This document shows, one piece after another, positions 9,236 through 19,169 of a stretch of DNA of 32,770 nt. Positions within the stretch are counted from its first letter, which is position 1; each line of letters opens with the position of its first letter. A program made the position numbers and the translations under genes. The notes under the pieces were generated by a model. The model was given only the letters and a program-made list of their open reading frames with translations, searched no databases and was not told the origin of the DNA. Location of the stretch: sequence record SRR22947727_2870; one strand, given 5' to 3'.

Positions 9236-9886
9236 ATGACAAAGACTACTACCCGACAAATTGAACCGAAAACAAGTTTTGCTATAGGATTGATTTGGCT
9301 ATTCAATATGACTGCAATCATTGGTATTGGTATGGGGTTTCAAGAGTGGTTTATTGAGAAAACATATGTGAATATGCTTCTTTACACCGTTTTTTTAATC
9401 GCCTTATTTCCGGTGTATTCATCTAGAAATATATTCCTTTTCACCACAGCATTTCTAATTGGTATGTCTAGTGAATGGATAGGTGTGCATACCTCTTGGC
9501 TATTCGGTAGCTATTACTACGGAGAAAATTTAGGTGTTAAAGTAGGGGGCGTGCCGCTACTTATTGGTATAAATTGGGCTGTACTGAGTCTAATCTCAGC
9601 AGATCTTGTGAGAAAATTAAACAGCGCTAAATACTATAAGGCGCTACTTGCTTCTTGTCTCATGGTGGGCTTAGATCTACTAATGGAGTATGCAGCACCA
9701 TCGCTAGACTTTTGGTACTTTGACGGAGGTATAGCGCCAATAAAAAACTACCTAAGCTGGTTTGCGGTGGCTTTTATAATTCAGCTCATCATAAACGATA
9801 GCTATACCCATGGAAATCGAAAGTATTCACTGCATTTACTTTTGAGTCAGTACGCTTTTTTTACCGCTTATTTATTGCTTCAATAA
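9236..9886 (+). CDS. cruF: Carotenoid 1,2-hydratase, CruF/DUF422 family membrane protein
   Basis: Multi-TM protein with EWIGVHT-x3-FGSYYYG-x2-LG, VPLLIGINW, D-x3-E, P-x2-NY-x2-WF; follows crtD. Confidence 0.82.
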   Translation: MTKTTTRQIEPKTSFAIGLIWLFNMTAIIGIGMGFQEWFIEKTYVNMLLYTVFLIALFPVYSSRNIFLFTTAFLIGMSSEWIGVHTSWLFGSYYYGENLGVKVGGVPLLIGINWAVLSLISADLVRKLNSAKYYKALLASCLMVGLDLLMEYAAPSLDFWYFDGGIAPIKNYLSWFAVAFIIQLIINDSYTHGNRKYSLHLLLSQYAFFTAYLLLQ

Positions 9887-10426
9887 AGAAGACAAGCCCG
9901 CAGTAAAATCTGGTTTATCCCAATCACTAATCCGCGCGGTTTCAAGCACTATATTTCCATTTGCGCTTATGACATAGCTGGTTCCTAATGCCATACTTTT
10001 AAATGGACTTTTATCTTCCACTACTCTATAAGTAATAGGAAAGGAAAAGTCTTGGTTTTTAATGAACTGTTCTACCGGCTCACGCTCCTCATCTGTAATA
10101 ATAAGAAAGACTATGTCACTACCAAAACGCTTATAAAGCGTTTCAATACTCTCCAGTGAAGCTTTCGAAGGCAAATGCCAAGACGCCCAAAATGACACAA
10201 AAATAACCTTGCCTTTAGATTGTTCCAAAGAAAAGAAATCCCATTCTTTGTCTTTTAACCTCCATTGATAGCTAGGAATTTCATATTGATCTTCTACGCT
10301 CAAAAAGCGGGGGGTTGGCGCCAGTAATTTAGTCAAGAGTAATTTACCTTGGCTCCCTAGTGGTGAATACATGAGTAACAACACTAGTCCAATTGTCATA
10401 AGTATAAGAACAGATTTTAGCTTCAT
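9872..10426 (-). CDS. TlpA/redoxin-fold membrane-anchored protein lacking the CxxC cysteines
   Basis: KGKVIFVSFWASW signature followed by HLPS instead of CxxC; N-terminal hydrophobic anchor; ATG 10426 preferred. Confidence 0.8.
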   Translation of the reverse strand: MKLKSVLILMTIGLVLLLMYSPLGSQGKLLLTKLLAPTPRFLSVEDQYEIPSYQWRLKDKEWDFFSLEQSKGKVIFVSFWASWHLPSKASLESIETLYKRFGSDIVFLIITDEEREPVEQFIKNQDFSFPITYRVVEDKSPFKSMALGTSYVISANGNIVLETARISDWDKPDFTAGLSSLLKQ

Positions 10427-10431
10427 AGTAT

Positions 10432-10473
10432 AAAAATAAAAAAACACCCCATATAATATGAAGTGTTTTTTTT
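10432..10473 (-). terminator. Intrinsic terminator after aconitase
   Basis: Minus strand AAAACACTTCATAT-t-ATATGGGGTGTTTT (G.U pairs) followed by TTTATTTTT. Confidence 0.8.
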
Positions 10474-10494
10474 AAATGATTGCACTACTTATAC

Positions 10495-12762
10495 TTAAGC
10501 AGCATTTTCCTTTTTGATTACGTTTAAAGCAGATCCTGCTCTAAACCAACCTATTTGTGAATCATTATAAGTATGATTTACTTGAATAGTGTGGGCAGTT
10601 CCATCTGCGTGTTTGATCTCAATAGTCAAAGCTTGTCCAGCTTTAAATGAGGCAATATCTACAAAGTTAAAAGTGTCATCTTCTTTGATTAAGTCGTAAT
10701 CAGACTCGTTCACAAAAGTCAAGCCTAACATTCCTTGTTTTTTAAGGTTTGTTTCATGAATACGTGCAAAAGATTTTACAAGAACTGCTGCAACACCTAG
10801 GTGTCTTGGCTGCATTGCTGCATGCTCCCTTGAAGAACCTTCTCCGTAATTATGGTCGCCTACTACAATGGTTTTAATGCCAGCCGCTTTATAAGCCCTT
10901 TGTGCGTCAGGTACACCCATGTATTCGCCGGTGAGCTGATTTTTTACAAAATTTGTTTTCTGATTAAACGCATTCACTGCTCCAATCAAGGTATTGTTGG
11001 CAATATTATCTAAATGACCTCTAAAACGCAACCATGGACCTGCCATAGAAATATGATCAGTAGTACATTTACCCTGCGCTTTGATTAATAGTTTTGCCCC
11101 AGCCAAACTTTCGTTTTCAATAGGCTGGAAAGATTCTAATAATTGTAATCTTTCTGAAGTAGGGCTAACTTTAACAGAAACACCAGAACCATCTTCATCA
11201 GGAGCAATAAATCCAGCGTCTTCTACTGCAAAACCATTCACTGGTAATTCAATACCTAATGGCATATCTAATTTAACCGCTTCTCCATCTTCATTGATTA
11301 ATGTGTCATTCATTGGATCGAAATCTAACCTTCCTGAAATCGCAATGGCTGCGACCATTTCAGGAGAACCAACAAAGGCATGGGTATTTGGATTGCCATC
11401 TGCACGTTTAGAGAAGTTTCTATTAAAAGAATGTACTATGGTGTTCTTCTCGTCGCCTTTAAGATCACTTCTGTCCCATTGTCCAATACATGGACCACAA
11501 GCATTGGTAAATATAGTCGCGCCAACCTCTTCAAAAATCTGAAGTAATCCGTCTCTTTCCGCTGTGAATCTAATCTGTTCAGAACCTGGATTAATACCAA
11601 AATCAGATTTAGGTTTAATCTTCTTATCGATTGCTTGCTTCGCAATTGAAGCTGCTCTTGTCAAATCTTCATAAGAAGAGTTGGTACAAGATCCAATCAA
11701 TCCCCAATCTACTTTTAAAGGCCAATCATTGGCCCTAGCTTTCTCCCCTAATTCTCCAACTGGAGTGGCAAGATCTGGCGTAAAAGGGCCATTTAAATGA
11801 GGCTTTAAAGTATTTAAATCTATTTCTATGATTTCATCAAAATATTTTTCTGGCTGCGCATACACTTCTGGATCTGCAGTAAGGTGTGCTTTAACTTCAT
11901 TTGCAGCATCTGCCACATCATTTCTATCTGTAGCCCTTAAATAACGTTCCATAGAGGCGTCATAACCAAAGGTAGAAGTGGTGGCTCCTATTTCTGCACC
12001 CATGTTACAAATGGTTCCTTTACCTGTACAAGACAAGTTTAATGCACCTTCTCCAAAATATTCAACAATTGCACCAGTACCTCCTTTAACAGTCAGTATT
12101 CCTGCTACTTTTAAAATAACATCTTTGGCAGAAGTCCAACCTGAAATATTACCAGTTAACTTTACGCCTATCAATTTTGGGAATTTTAATTCCCAGGCCA
12201 TTCCAGCCATTACATCTACTGCGTCTGCTCCACCTACTCCAATAGCTAACATTCCAAGACCACCTGCGTTAACAGTATGTGAATCTGTACCAATCATCAT
12301 TCCTCCGGGGAAAGCGTAATTTTCTAGAACTACCTGATGAATAATACCAGCTCCAGGTTTCCAAAAACCAATACCGTATTTATTGGATACAGACTCCAAG
12401 AAATTAAACACCTCTTCACTGGTGGCATTGGCTACTTTTAAATCTGCCACTGCACCGCTTTTTGCTTGAATAAGATGGTCACAATGAACCGTTGTGGGTA
12501 CCGCAACTTTTGGTTTTCCTGCTTGCATAAATTGCAATAAAGCCATTTGTGCAGTAGCATCTTGACAGGCAATTCTATCTGGCGCAAAATCCACATAGTC
12601 TTTTCCTCTAGTAAAAGCTTTATTTGATTTGCCATCCCACAAATGGCTGTATAATATCTTTTCAGACAAAGTTAAGGGTCTCCCCACTAATTCACGTGCT
12701 TGATCTACACGCTCTGCCATTTGGGAATACACCCCTTTGATCATATCTATGTCAAATGCCAT
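10495..12762 (-). CDS. acnA: Aconitate hydratase (mitochondrial-type, as usual in Bacteroidota)
   Basis: [51 protein letters not shown]. Confidence 0.97.
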   Translation of the reverse strand: MAFDIDMIKGVYSQMAERVDQARELVGRPLTLSEKILYSHLWDGKSNKAFTRGKDYVDFAPDRIACQDATAQMALLQFMQAGKPKVAVPTTVHCDHLIQAKSGAVADLKVANATSEEVFNFLESVSNKYGIGFWKPGAGIIHQVVLENYAFPGGMMIGTDSHTVNAGGLGMLAIGVGGADAVDVMAGMAWELKFPKLIGVKLTGNISGWTSAKDVILKVAGILTVKGGTGAIVEYFGEGALNLSCTGKGTICNMGAEIGATTSTFGYDASMERYLRATDRNDVADAANEVKAHLTADPEVYAQPEKYFDEIIEIDLNTLKPHLNGPFTPDLATPVGELGEKARANDWPLKVDWGLIGSCTNSSYEDLTRAASIAKQAIDKKIKPKSDFGINPGSEQIRFTAERDGLLQIFEEVGATIFTNACGPCIGQWDRSDLKGDEKNTIVHSFNRNFSKRADGNPNTHAFVGSPEMVAAIAISGRLDFDPMNDTLINEDGEAVKLDMPLGIELPVNGFAVEDAGFIAPDEDGSGVSVKVSPTSERLQLLESFQPIENESLAGAKLLIKAQGKCTTDHISMAGPWLRFRGHLDNIANNTLIGAVNAFNQKTNFVKNQLTGEYMGVPDAQRAYKAAGIKTIVVGDHNYGEGSSREHAAMQPRHLGVAAVLVKSFARIHETNLKKQGMLGLTFVNESDYDLIKEDDTFNFVDIASFKAGQALTIEIKHADGTAHTIQVNHTYNDSQIGWFRAGSALNVIKKENAA

Positions 12763-12909
12763 TTGATTTTGGTATTTAAGTTAATGCTTGTAAAAATAGT
12801 AAAAAGCGAGGAGTTCACTAGCAAGAAATCGTTTTCGAAAGGGGTTTATTAAACAATTACTAAGAAACAGTTGTGTTTTTAATAAATTGTCAATAAACAA
12901 TAGAAAAAA

Positions 12910-14388
12910 TTATTCTTTTACCCAGTTATTTGCGAAATCACAGTCTCTATTAGACTTACTCACACTAATGTAAGTATCCTCAATGTGGGTTCCACGCCAG
13001 TCATTAATTGCTTTTAATTGCTTTTCTGTTTTGGCGAGCTCTTGAATTTTCATATAATCTCTTGCAAAATCTGCCGTGTGCTCTCCATACCTATTGGAGA
13101 TTTTTAATATTTTATATTTTGTCTGCCCCCCTCTTGGGTCTGGCTCTTCAATAGGGAAAGATATTTCATTGTCCTTTAGATTACTTACTTGTTTATAAAG
13201 GCTTGGATCCATTTTAGTCAATTCAAATCTCGAATCGTAATTGGTAGGGTTTCTAAGTACACCGCCGTCAAACTTAGTCTCCTTTTCATCAGAGAAGTTT
13301 AAGGCTGCTTCTGCAAAAGTAAAAGCGCCTTCCTCAATCTTCTTTTTTATGTCTTTCAATTCATCAATAGCTTCTTTTACAGCACTACTTGGCACCTCTG
13401 GCACCATTAAAATGTGCCTTAAATCCAATTCTTGCCCCCTTATTTTTTCAATATAAATAATATGATATCCGAAAGGGCTTTCGAATGGATCTGAAATTTC
13501 TCCCTCTTGCAAAGAAAAAGCAACGTCTTTAAATTCTTTTACAAATGGAGTTTCTCTACTCATGGGATAAAACCCCCCTTTAGATTTAGATCCAGGGTCT
13601 TGAGAATATAAAATAGCCTTAACCGAGAAGCTGGCATTGTTGTCCTCCACATCTGCTTTTAACTCATTGAGCTTGTCTATCACTTTCTGCTTCTCTTCCT
13701 CAGGAGCCTGAGGCGTTTTTACAATTTGAGAAATCTCTAATTCTGCACCAAATACTGGGCGCTCTTCTTTGGGGATATCATTGAAAAATTGCCTGACTTC
13801 CTCAGGGGTAATTTCAATCTCCTCCACTACCTTGGTTTGCATCCTTTCAGAAAGCATTCTAAGCTTATTAATCTTATTGAGCTCTTGTCTAAAACTCTCT
13901 TCATCTTCTTTCTTGTACACCTTAAGTACACGATCTAAAGATCCTGCCTGTGACACCAACTGCTGTAACTGACGCTCGCCAATAGCAGCTATTTCGTCAT
14001 CTGATATCAGTACACTATCCTGAACTGCCTGGTGGGCAAAAAGGCGGTCTTCCATGAGTTTCCCTAAAAGTTGACAACGATTCACATCTTGATCAGAAAC
14101 TCCTTGACTTTTTAAATCTATCAGGGTTTTTTCAATATCAGACTCCAAAATGACATAATCCCCAACTACAGCTGCAATACCATCCAATTTAATTCTTTTA
14201 AAGGCTTGCTTTACCTCTGAAGGCGCCACTAAATCCATAGACTTAGGTGGCTCTACTTGACTGTCTTGTATGGCTAAACTGTCCTGAGCCATTAGGGTTA
14301 CAGAACATAAAAATAATAGCATTACGCTACTAAAACGGTATTGTTTAATTGTAAATTTCAAGGGCTTTGTTTTTAATAGCTTCATCAA
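12910..14388 (-). CDS. surA: SurA-like periplasmic peptidyl-prolyl isomerase (two parvulin domains)
   Basis: DGIAAVVGD-x2-ILESD N-domain; YSQDPGS-x3-GG, FGYHII, RHIL, FSDE-x6-GG parvulin motifs; start uncertain (14388, 14385 or TTG 14361). Confidence 0.85.
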   Translation of the reverse strand: MMKLLKTKPLKFTIKQYRFSSVMLLFLCSVTLMAQDSLAIQDSQVEPPKSMDLVAPSEVKQAFKRIKLDGIAAVVGDYVILESDIEKTLIDLKSQGVSDQDVNRCQLLGKLMEDRLFAHQAVQDSVLISDDEIAAIGERQLQQLVSQAGSLDRVLKVYKKEDEESFRQELNKINKLRMLSERMQTKVVEEIEITPEEVRQFFNDIPKEERPVFGAELEISQIVKTPQAPEEEKQKVIDKLNELKADVEDNNASFSVKAILYSQDPGSKSKGGFYPMSRETPFVKEFKDVAFSLQEGEISDPFESPFGYHIIYIEKIRGQELDLRHILMVPEVPSSAVKEAIDELKDIKKKIEEGAFTFAEAALNFSDEKETKFDGGVLRNPTNYDSRFELTKMDPSLYKQVSNLKDNEISFPIEEPDPRGGQTKYKILKISNRYGEHTADFARDYMKIQELAKTEKQLKAINDWRGTHIEDTYISVSKSNRDCDFANNWVKE

Positions 14389-15217
14389 TAATATCTCTTT
14401 CTATTTGTTTCAGAAACGCTTGTTTCCTTCTAATTTTCAAAATTTGCTCCAGGGAGGGCTTCACATAACTTAAAGGGGCTATGTCATTCACTTCTAACAC
14501 TTCTTGGACTTGTCCCAAATATACCCCTAATGAATCCTTCAATTCAAAAAATTGTGATTTTTTTAAATATATTTCTTCATTATCGCGCGCTAAAGGTCCT
14601 ATTTCCCTCAGTATCCTATTCAAAGGCACCCAAATAGAATCGTTCAGATTCAGTTTATTAAATTGAATGCTTATAGAATCTAAATACCTTATATCTGCTT
14701 CCTCAAAAGTTTTTAACTTTTGGGCAATCAAAGCAACATCACTATAATTCCTCGGGAGACTCACAAATCGCAAACGAATTAATTTTTCTTTCACCAAAAA
14801 GTTTTGCTGCTCATTAGCATAAAAAGCGGCCAACTCATCTGATCCAATCAATGTATCTGATCTAGAATTAACCAATGCCTCTTTATAAGCCAGTGTATAT
14901 AAGTCACTTTTATAATTAGCCACCAAACGGTCAAATGCTTCCATCTTAGCAACAGGCAAGTTAATGAGTGATTTCTGTATGAGCAACTCTTTAGCAGCCC
15001 ATTGGTTAATATAATCATTAACTATTGCTAAGGAATCTTGGGGACTGGTATTTTGATACAAATAGGAGGGAATGTCTTCTAAAAGCAAGTATTGGTCACC
15101 CAACTTCGCAACAGCATTCTCTTGAACTTCTGAACGTAAAAACGACTCACAAGACTGGAGGCAAAAAAGCAGGCCCATTAAACCAAAAGATATACTCAAA
15201 ATTTTCCTATCCCTCAT
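14345..15217 (-). CDS. PPIase-like/foldase lipoprotein of the Bacteroidota surA operon
   Basis: Lipobox LQSC; AVAKLGDQYL, DSLAIVNDYINQW, APLSYVKPSLEQIL; directly upstream of surA. Confidence 0.75.
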   Translation of the reverse strand: MRDRKILSISFGLMGLLFCLQSCESFLRSEVQENAVAKLGDQYLLLEDIPSYLYQNTSPQDSLAIVNDYINQWAAKELLIQKSLINLPVAKMEAFDRLVANYKSDLYTLAYKEALVNSRSDTLIGSDELAAFYANEQQNFLVKEKLIRLRFVSLPRNYSDVALIAQKLKTFEEADIRYLDSISIQFNKLNLNDSIWVPLNRILREIGPLARDNEEIYLKKSQFFELKDSLGVYLGQVQEVLEVNDIAPLSYVKPSLEQILKIRRKQAFLKQIERDIIDEAIKNKALEIYN

Positions 15218-15221
15218 CTTG

Positions 15222-15229
15222 CAAAAGTA
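15222..15229 (-). promoter_or_regulatory. -7 promoter box, probably producing a leaderless mRNA
   Basis: Minus strand TACTTTTG-CAAG-ATG. Confidence 0.6.
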
Positions 15230-15301
15230 AAAAATAAGCTGGTCTAAGACTTGTTTATCAAACTAAAATTAGGTTAATTTATGACTTAGACCGATAATTA
15301 T

Positions 15302-15538
15302 ATGAAAGAAAAAATAAAATTAATTTGGGATTTCAGAGGTCCAAATAGCGGGCCAACTGCTGCACATCATAAAATACACCTCAAAGAGTTTTGTGAAAAA
15401 GAGCATTACCTAGAATTAGAAATGGGCACTTCCCTCATTTCCGAAATGCACAGCACAGCATATGTTGTGGTGCCAAAAGACCTCATGATCGTGTTTAGAG
15501 ACGCACTTAGACCACATAGGGGAGAAAAAGCATCTTAA
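15302..15538 (+). CDS. Small hypothetical protein (78 aa), likely conserved in Flavobacteria
   Basis: Clean ORF filling the gap, 9 nt from the next gene; motifs KLIWDFRGP, HHKIHL, RDALRPHRG. Confidence 0.75.
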   Translation: MKEKIKLIWDFRGPNSGPTAAHHKIHLKEFCEKEHYLELEMGTSLISEMHSTAYVVVPKDLMIVFRDALRPHRGEKAS

Positions 15539-15547
15539 CAATAGTCC

Positions 15548-16732
15548 ATGAAGCGTTCCACCATCAAATTAGCCCACATACCCAAGATCTTTTTTTTAAC
15601 GGTCGCTTTCACCACACTTCTTAGCTGTGGCAGCCATCCTAAAAACTATGAAAACGCACTAGATTTTGCTTTGTCAAGTCCCTCTAAAAAAATAAAGAGG
15701 GTCATGGATAATTTAAAGGACCATGAGCTACAAATATTATTTACTAGTATTGAAAGAGCTGGAAGAGATGAAATAGACCCTATTACTTTTCATGAGTACT
15801 CATTTCAATTAGACCCCCTCCACTATTTTTACCCTGCTAGCACAGTGAAATTTCCTGCGGCAGTCTTATCCCTTGAAAAACTCTCCAGCTTAAACAGGTC
15901 TCATCTGGACAATTATCAGGTGGAAGGAGATACCCTCACTTATAATTTTGCCAACACTATTAATGAAATATTCGCAGTAAGTGATAATGATGCCAACAAT
16001 AGGCTTTTTGAATTTCTTGGGAGTGATTATATAAATAGTAAGCTCAAAAGTAAAGGCATAAAGCCAATAAGAATATCACATAGACTTTCTACTTCAGACG
16101 CGGCCAATCCAAATACAAAAAAAATAGAAATACGCTCCAAGGGCTTAGAAACCATAACCATTAAGTCCAACAAAAATAGTAATCCCTTGCCTCTAAACCT
16201 CAACCAACTCAATAAAGGCCTTGGATATATTCAAGAGGGACAACAGATCAACAGTCCTTTTGATTTTTCTTACAAAAATTACTTTTCACTGCAAGCACAG
16301 CACGAAATGATCAAAAGGGTCATTTTCCCTGAGGCTTTCAAAGCGTCAGAGCGTTTTAATATATCAGAAGAAAAGAGGGCTTTTTTACTAGAATCAATGC
16401 ACAAACTTCCTAGAGAGCAAGGCTATGATCCAAAAATCTATTACGACAGTTATGGAAAATTTTTGTGGTTTGGAGATACTGAGAAAAACATCCCCTTTCA
16501 TATAAAAATATACAATAAAGTAGGCTACGCATATGGAACACTAACAGATTGCGCCTACATTGAAGACCACAAAAACAAACTGTCTTATTTTATAACTGCC
16601 ACTATTTTAGTGAATAAAAATGGGGTGTTTAATGACAATAAATACGAGTATGACAGTGTAGGAATCCCTTTTCTAGCTGCTTTAGGCAGAGAGATTCACA
16701 GGTATGAAAAATATAAAAAAAGAAAGTTTTAG
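15548..16732 (+). CDS. Serine hydrolase lipoprotein, class A beta-lactamase-related fold
   Basis: Lipobox LLSC; SxxK (PASTVK), SDN (VSDNDA) and KTG-like (NKVG) motifs in order. Confidence 0.8.
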   Translation: MKRSTIKLAHIPKIFFLTVAFTTLLSCGSHPKNYENALDFALSSPSKKIKRVMDNLKDHELQILFTSIERAGRDEIDPITFHEYSFQLDPLHYFYPASTVKFPAAVLSLEKLSSLNRSHLDNYQVEGDTLTYNFANTINEIFAVSDNDANNRLFEFLGSDYINSKLKSKGIKPIRISHRLSTSDAANPNTKKIEIRSKGLETITIKSNKNSNPLPLNLNQLNKGLGYIQEGQQINSPFDFSYKNYFSLQAQHEMIKRVIFPEAFKASERFNISEEKRAFLLESMHKLPREQGYDPKIYYDSYGKFLWFGDTEKNIPFHIKIYNKVGYAYGTLTDCAYIEDHKNKLSYFITATILVNKNGVFNDNKYEYDSVGIPFLAALGREIHRYEKYKKRKF

Positions 16733-16786
16733 ACAAAAAATAGCTCAAACATCCTAAGGAAACATACCTGATCTTAGTCTGACAAC

Positions 16787-18109
16787 TTATTTTTCAAGGG
16801 GTGTAACGCCTTGCGGCACACCGTATAAATCGAAATCTCCCGCCTCTGAAATTTCTACAGATACAAACTCCCCTACTTTTAAGTAGTACGCACTGGCATC
16901 TATAAGCACTTCGTTGTCTACATCTGGAGAATCTGCTTCTGTCCTACCCACAAAATAGTTCCCTTCTTTTCTGTCTATAATACACTTAAAAGAACGGCCT
17001 ACTTTTTCTTGGTTTAGCTCCCATGAAATCTGGGCTTGTATGTCCATAATCTCCGCAGCCCTAGCCTCTTTAACTTCCTGAGGAACATTGTCTTCTAAAG
17101 CATAGGCATGGGTGTCTTCTTCATGACTGTAAGTAAAACAACCCAAGCGGTCAAAACGGGTATCTGTGACCCACTGTTTAAGGGTTTGGAAATCTGCTTC
17201 CGTTTCTCCAGGATACCCTACAATAAGCGTCGTTCTAATAGCCATTTCAGGAACCCTAGATCTAAATTCAGCAATTAGCGCATCTGTTTTAGCTTTGGTG
17301 GTTCCCCTTCTCATGCTTTTGAGAATTGGATCCGAGATATGCTGCAAAGGAATGTCTATATAGTTGCAAATTTTAGGCTCCTTTTTCATGAGGTCTAAGA
17401 CCTCTAATGGAAAGCCTGTTGGAAAGGCATAATGCAATCTAATCCAAGAAATACCGTTTACCTCCACGAGTGCTTCAAGCAATTCTGCTAAGGCCCTCTT
17501 CTTGTATAAATCTAATCCGTAATAGGTTAAATCTTGAGCGATCAAAATAAGCTCCTTAACCCCTTTGGCCGCTAAAGACTCCGCCTGAACCACTAAATCT
17601 TCTATGGGCGTACTTTTGTGCTTCCCTCGCATGAGTGGAATAGCACAGAAAGAACAGGGCCTGTCACAACCTTCTGCAATTTTCATGTACGCATAATTCT
17701 TAGGGGTAGTCGTAATTCGCTCCCCAATAAGCTCGTGCTTGTAATCTGCTTCTAGAGCTTTTAATAAATTAGGCAGTTCTGTAGTCCCAAAATAAGCGTC
17801 TACATTTGGAATTTCTTTCTGCAAGTCTGGCTTATAACGTTCACTCAAACAACCTGTAACAAAAACTTTATCTACTTCTCCTGCCTCTTTTTGAGCCACA
17901 TAAGAAAGAATGGTATTGATACTTTCCTCTTTCGCATTGGCAATAAAACCACAGGTATTTATAACCACAATATTCCCCTCCTCCTCATGAGCCACTTCTT
18001 TATTATTAGCTTTCAATTGCCCCATAAGTACTTCAGAATCATAAATATTCTTAGAACATCCTAGGGTAACCACATTAATTTTATTGGTCTTAATAGACTT
18101 TGTGCGCAT
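16787..18109 (-). CDS. rimO: Ribosomal protein S12 methylthiotransferase
   Basis: LGCSKN, NTCGFI, GCLSERY, radical SAM CDRPCSFC, C-terminal TRAM with DSPDVD. Confidence 0.96.
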   Translation of the reverse strand: MRTKSIKTNKINVVTLGCSKNIYDSEVLMGQLKANNKEVAHEEEGNIVVINTCGFIANAKEESINTILSYVAQKEAGEVDKVFVTGCLSERYKPDLQKEIPNVDAYFGTTELPNLLKALEADYKHELIGERITTTPKNYAYMKIAEGCDRPCSFCAIPLMRGKHKSTPIEDLVVQAESLAAKGVKELILIAQDLTYYGLDLYKKRALAELLEALVEVNGISWIRLHYAFPTGFPLEVLDLMKKEPKICNYIDIPLQHISDPILKSMRRGTTKAKTDALIAEFRSRVPEMAIRTTLIVGYPGETEADFQTLKQWVTDTRFDRLGCFTYSHEEDTHAYALEDNVPQEVKEARAAEIMDIQAQISWELNQEKVGRSFKCIIDRKEGNYFVGRTEADSPDVDNEVLIDASAYYLKVGEFVSVEISEAGDFDLYGVPQGVTPLEK

Positions 18110-18125
18110 ATTGAGGGATAAAACG

Positions 18126-19085
18126 TTAGCTTCTGTTAAAGAAGGAATCTACAAATTCGTATTTATTAAATACTTGGAGGTCTTGAATGGCTTCCCCCAC
18201 GCCAATATATTTTACAGGTATTTGCAATTGATCAGAAATTCCAATCACTACCCCACCTTTGGCAGTGCCATCTAATTTAGTAATCGCTAAAGAAGTCACC
18301 TCTGTGGCTTTGGTGAACTGCTGCGCTTGCTGGAATGCGTTCTGTCCGGTAGAACCATCTAGAACCAATAAAACCTCATGAGGTGCGCCAGGAATGACTT
18401 TGTCCATAACCCGCTTGACTTTAGCCAACTCATTCATTAGGTTTATTTTGTTGTGCAGGCGTCCTGCGGTGTCAATAATAACAACATCGGCGCTTTGCGC
18501 CAATCCAGCGCTCAAGGCATCAAAAGCTACTGAAGCAGGATCACTCCCCATTTGCTGCTTAATGATAGGCACCCCAACGCGGTCTGCCCAAACCACCAAT
18601 TGATCAATAGCTGCAGCCCTAAAAGTATCTGCAGCGCCCAAAACAACTTTAAGCCCTTTTGCTTTAAATTGGTGCGCCAACTTACCAATAGTAGTTGTTT
18701 TACCTGCGCCATTTACGCCTACAACCATAATTACATGGGGGTATTCGCTTTGAGGAACGGTGAAATCTTCTGCCTCTCCATGATCTGTCTCAGACAATAA
18801 ACCTGCAATCTCTTCCTTTAGAATTTGATTGAGTTCTTCCAAACCAACATACTTATTTGATTTTACCCGAACCTCAATTCTATCGATAATTTTTAATGTA
18901 GTGTCTACCCCTACATCTGAACTCACCAAAACCTCTTCTAAATGATCTAAGGTTTCTGCATCTACAGTAGTTTTACCAACAACGACCTTCTCTAATTTAT
19001 AGAGAAAAGAAGATTTGGTTTTTTCTAAACCTTTGTCTAAGGTCTCTTTTTTATCTGAAGAGAAAATTTTTTTAAAAAAACTCAT
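18126..19085 (-). CDS. ftsY: SRP receptor FtsY
   Basis: GVNGAGKTTT, DTFRAAA, DTAGR, TKLDGTAKGG. Confidence 0.97.
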   Translation of the reverse strand: MSFFKKIFSSDKKETLDKGLEKTKSSFLYKLEKVVVGKTTVDAETLDHLEEVLVSSDVGVDTTLKIIDRIEVRVKSNKYVGLEELNQILKEEIAGLLSETDHGEAEDFTVPQSEYPHVIMVVGVNGAGKTTTIGKLAHQFKAKGLKVVLGAADTFRAAAIDQLVVWADRVGVPIIKQQMGSDPASVAFDALSAGLAQSADVVIIDTAGRLHNKINLMNELAKVKRVMDKVIPGAPHEVLLVLDGSTGQNAFQQAQQFTKATEVTSLAITKLDGTAKGGVVIGISDQLQIPVKYIGVGEAIQDLQVFNKYEFVDSFFNRS

Positions 19086-19111
19086 TTGGTTTATTCTGTT
19101 GGGTAAAGATA

Positions 19112-19150
19112 TAAAACAAAAAAGCTACTCTCTAATAGAAAGTAGCTTTT
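19112..19150 (-). terminator. Intrinsic terminator after the rpmB-rpmG-DUF4295 unit
   Basis: Minus strand AAAAGCTACTTTCTA-t-TAGAGAGTAGCTTTT followed by TTGTTTT. Confidence 0.85.
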
Positions 19151-19169
19151 AGTATACGCTAAAATGCGA

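Noticed and set aside
12844-12899. TAAACA/TGTTTT half-sites upstream of aconitase; single TGTTTA at 15252 and 30501
   Set aside because: None has the partner half-site at 18 bp. They show that isolated half-sites are common in this AT-rich DNA.
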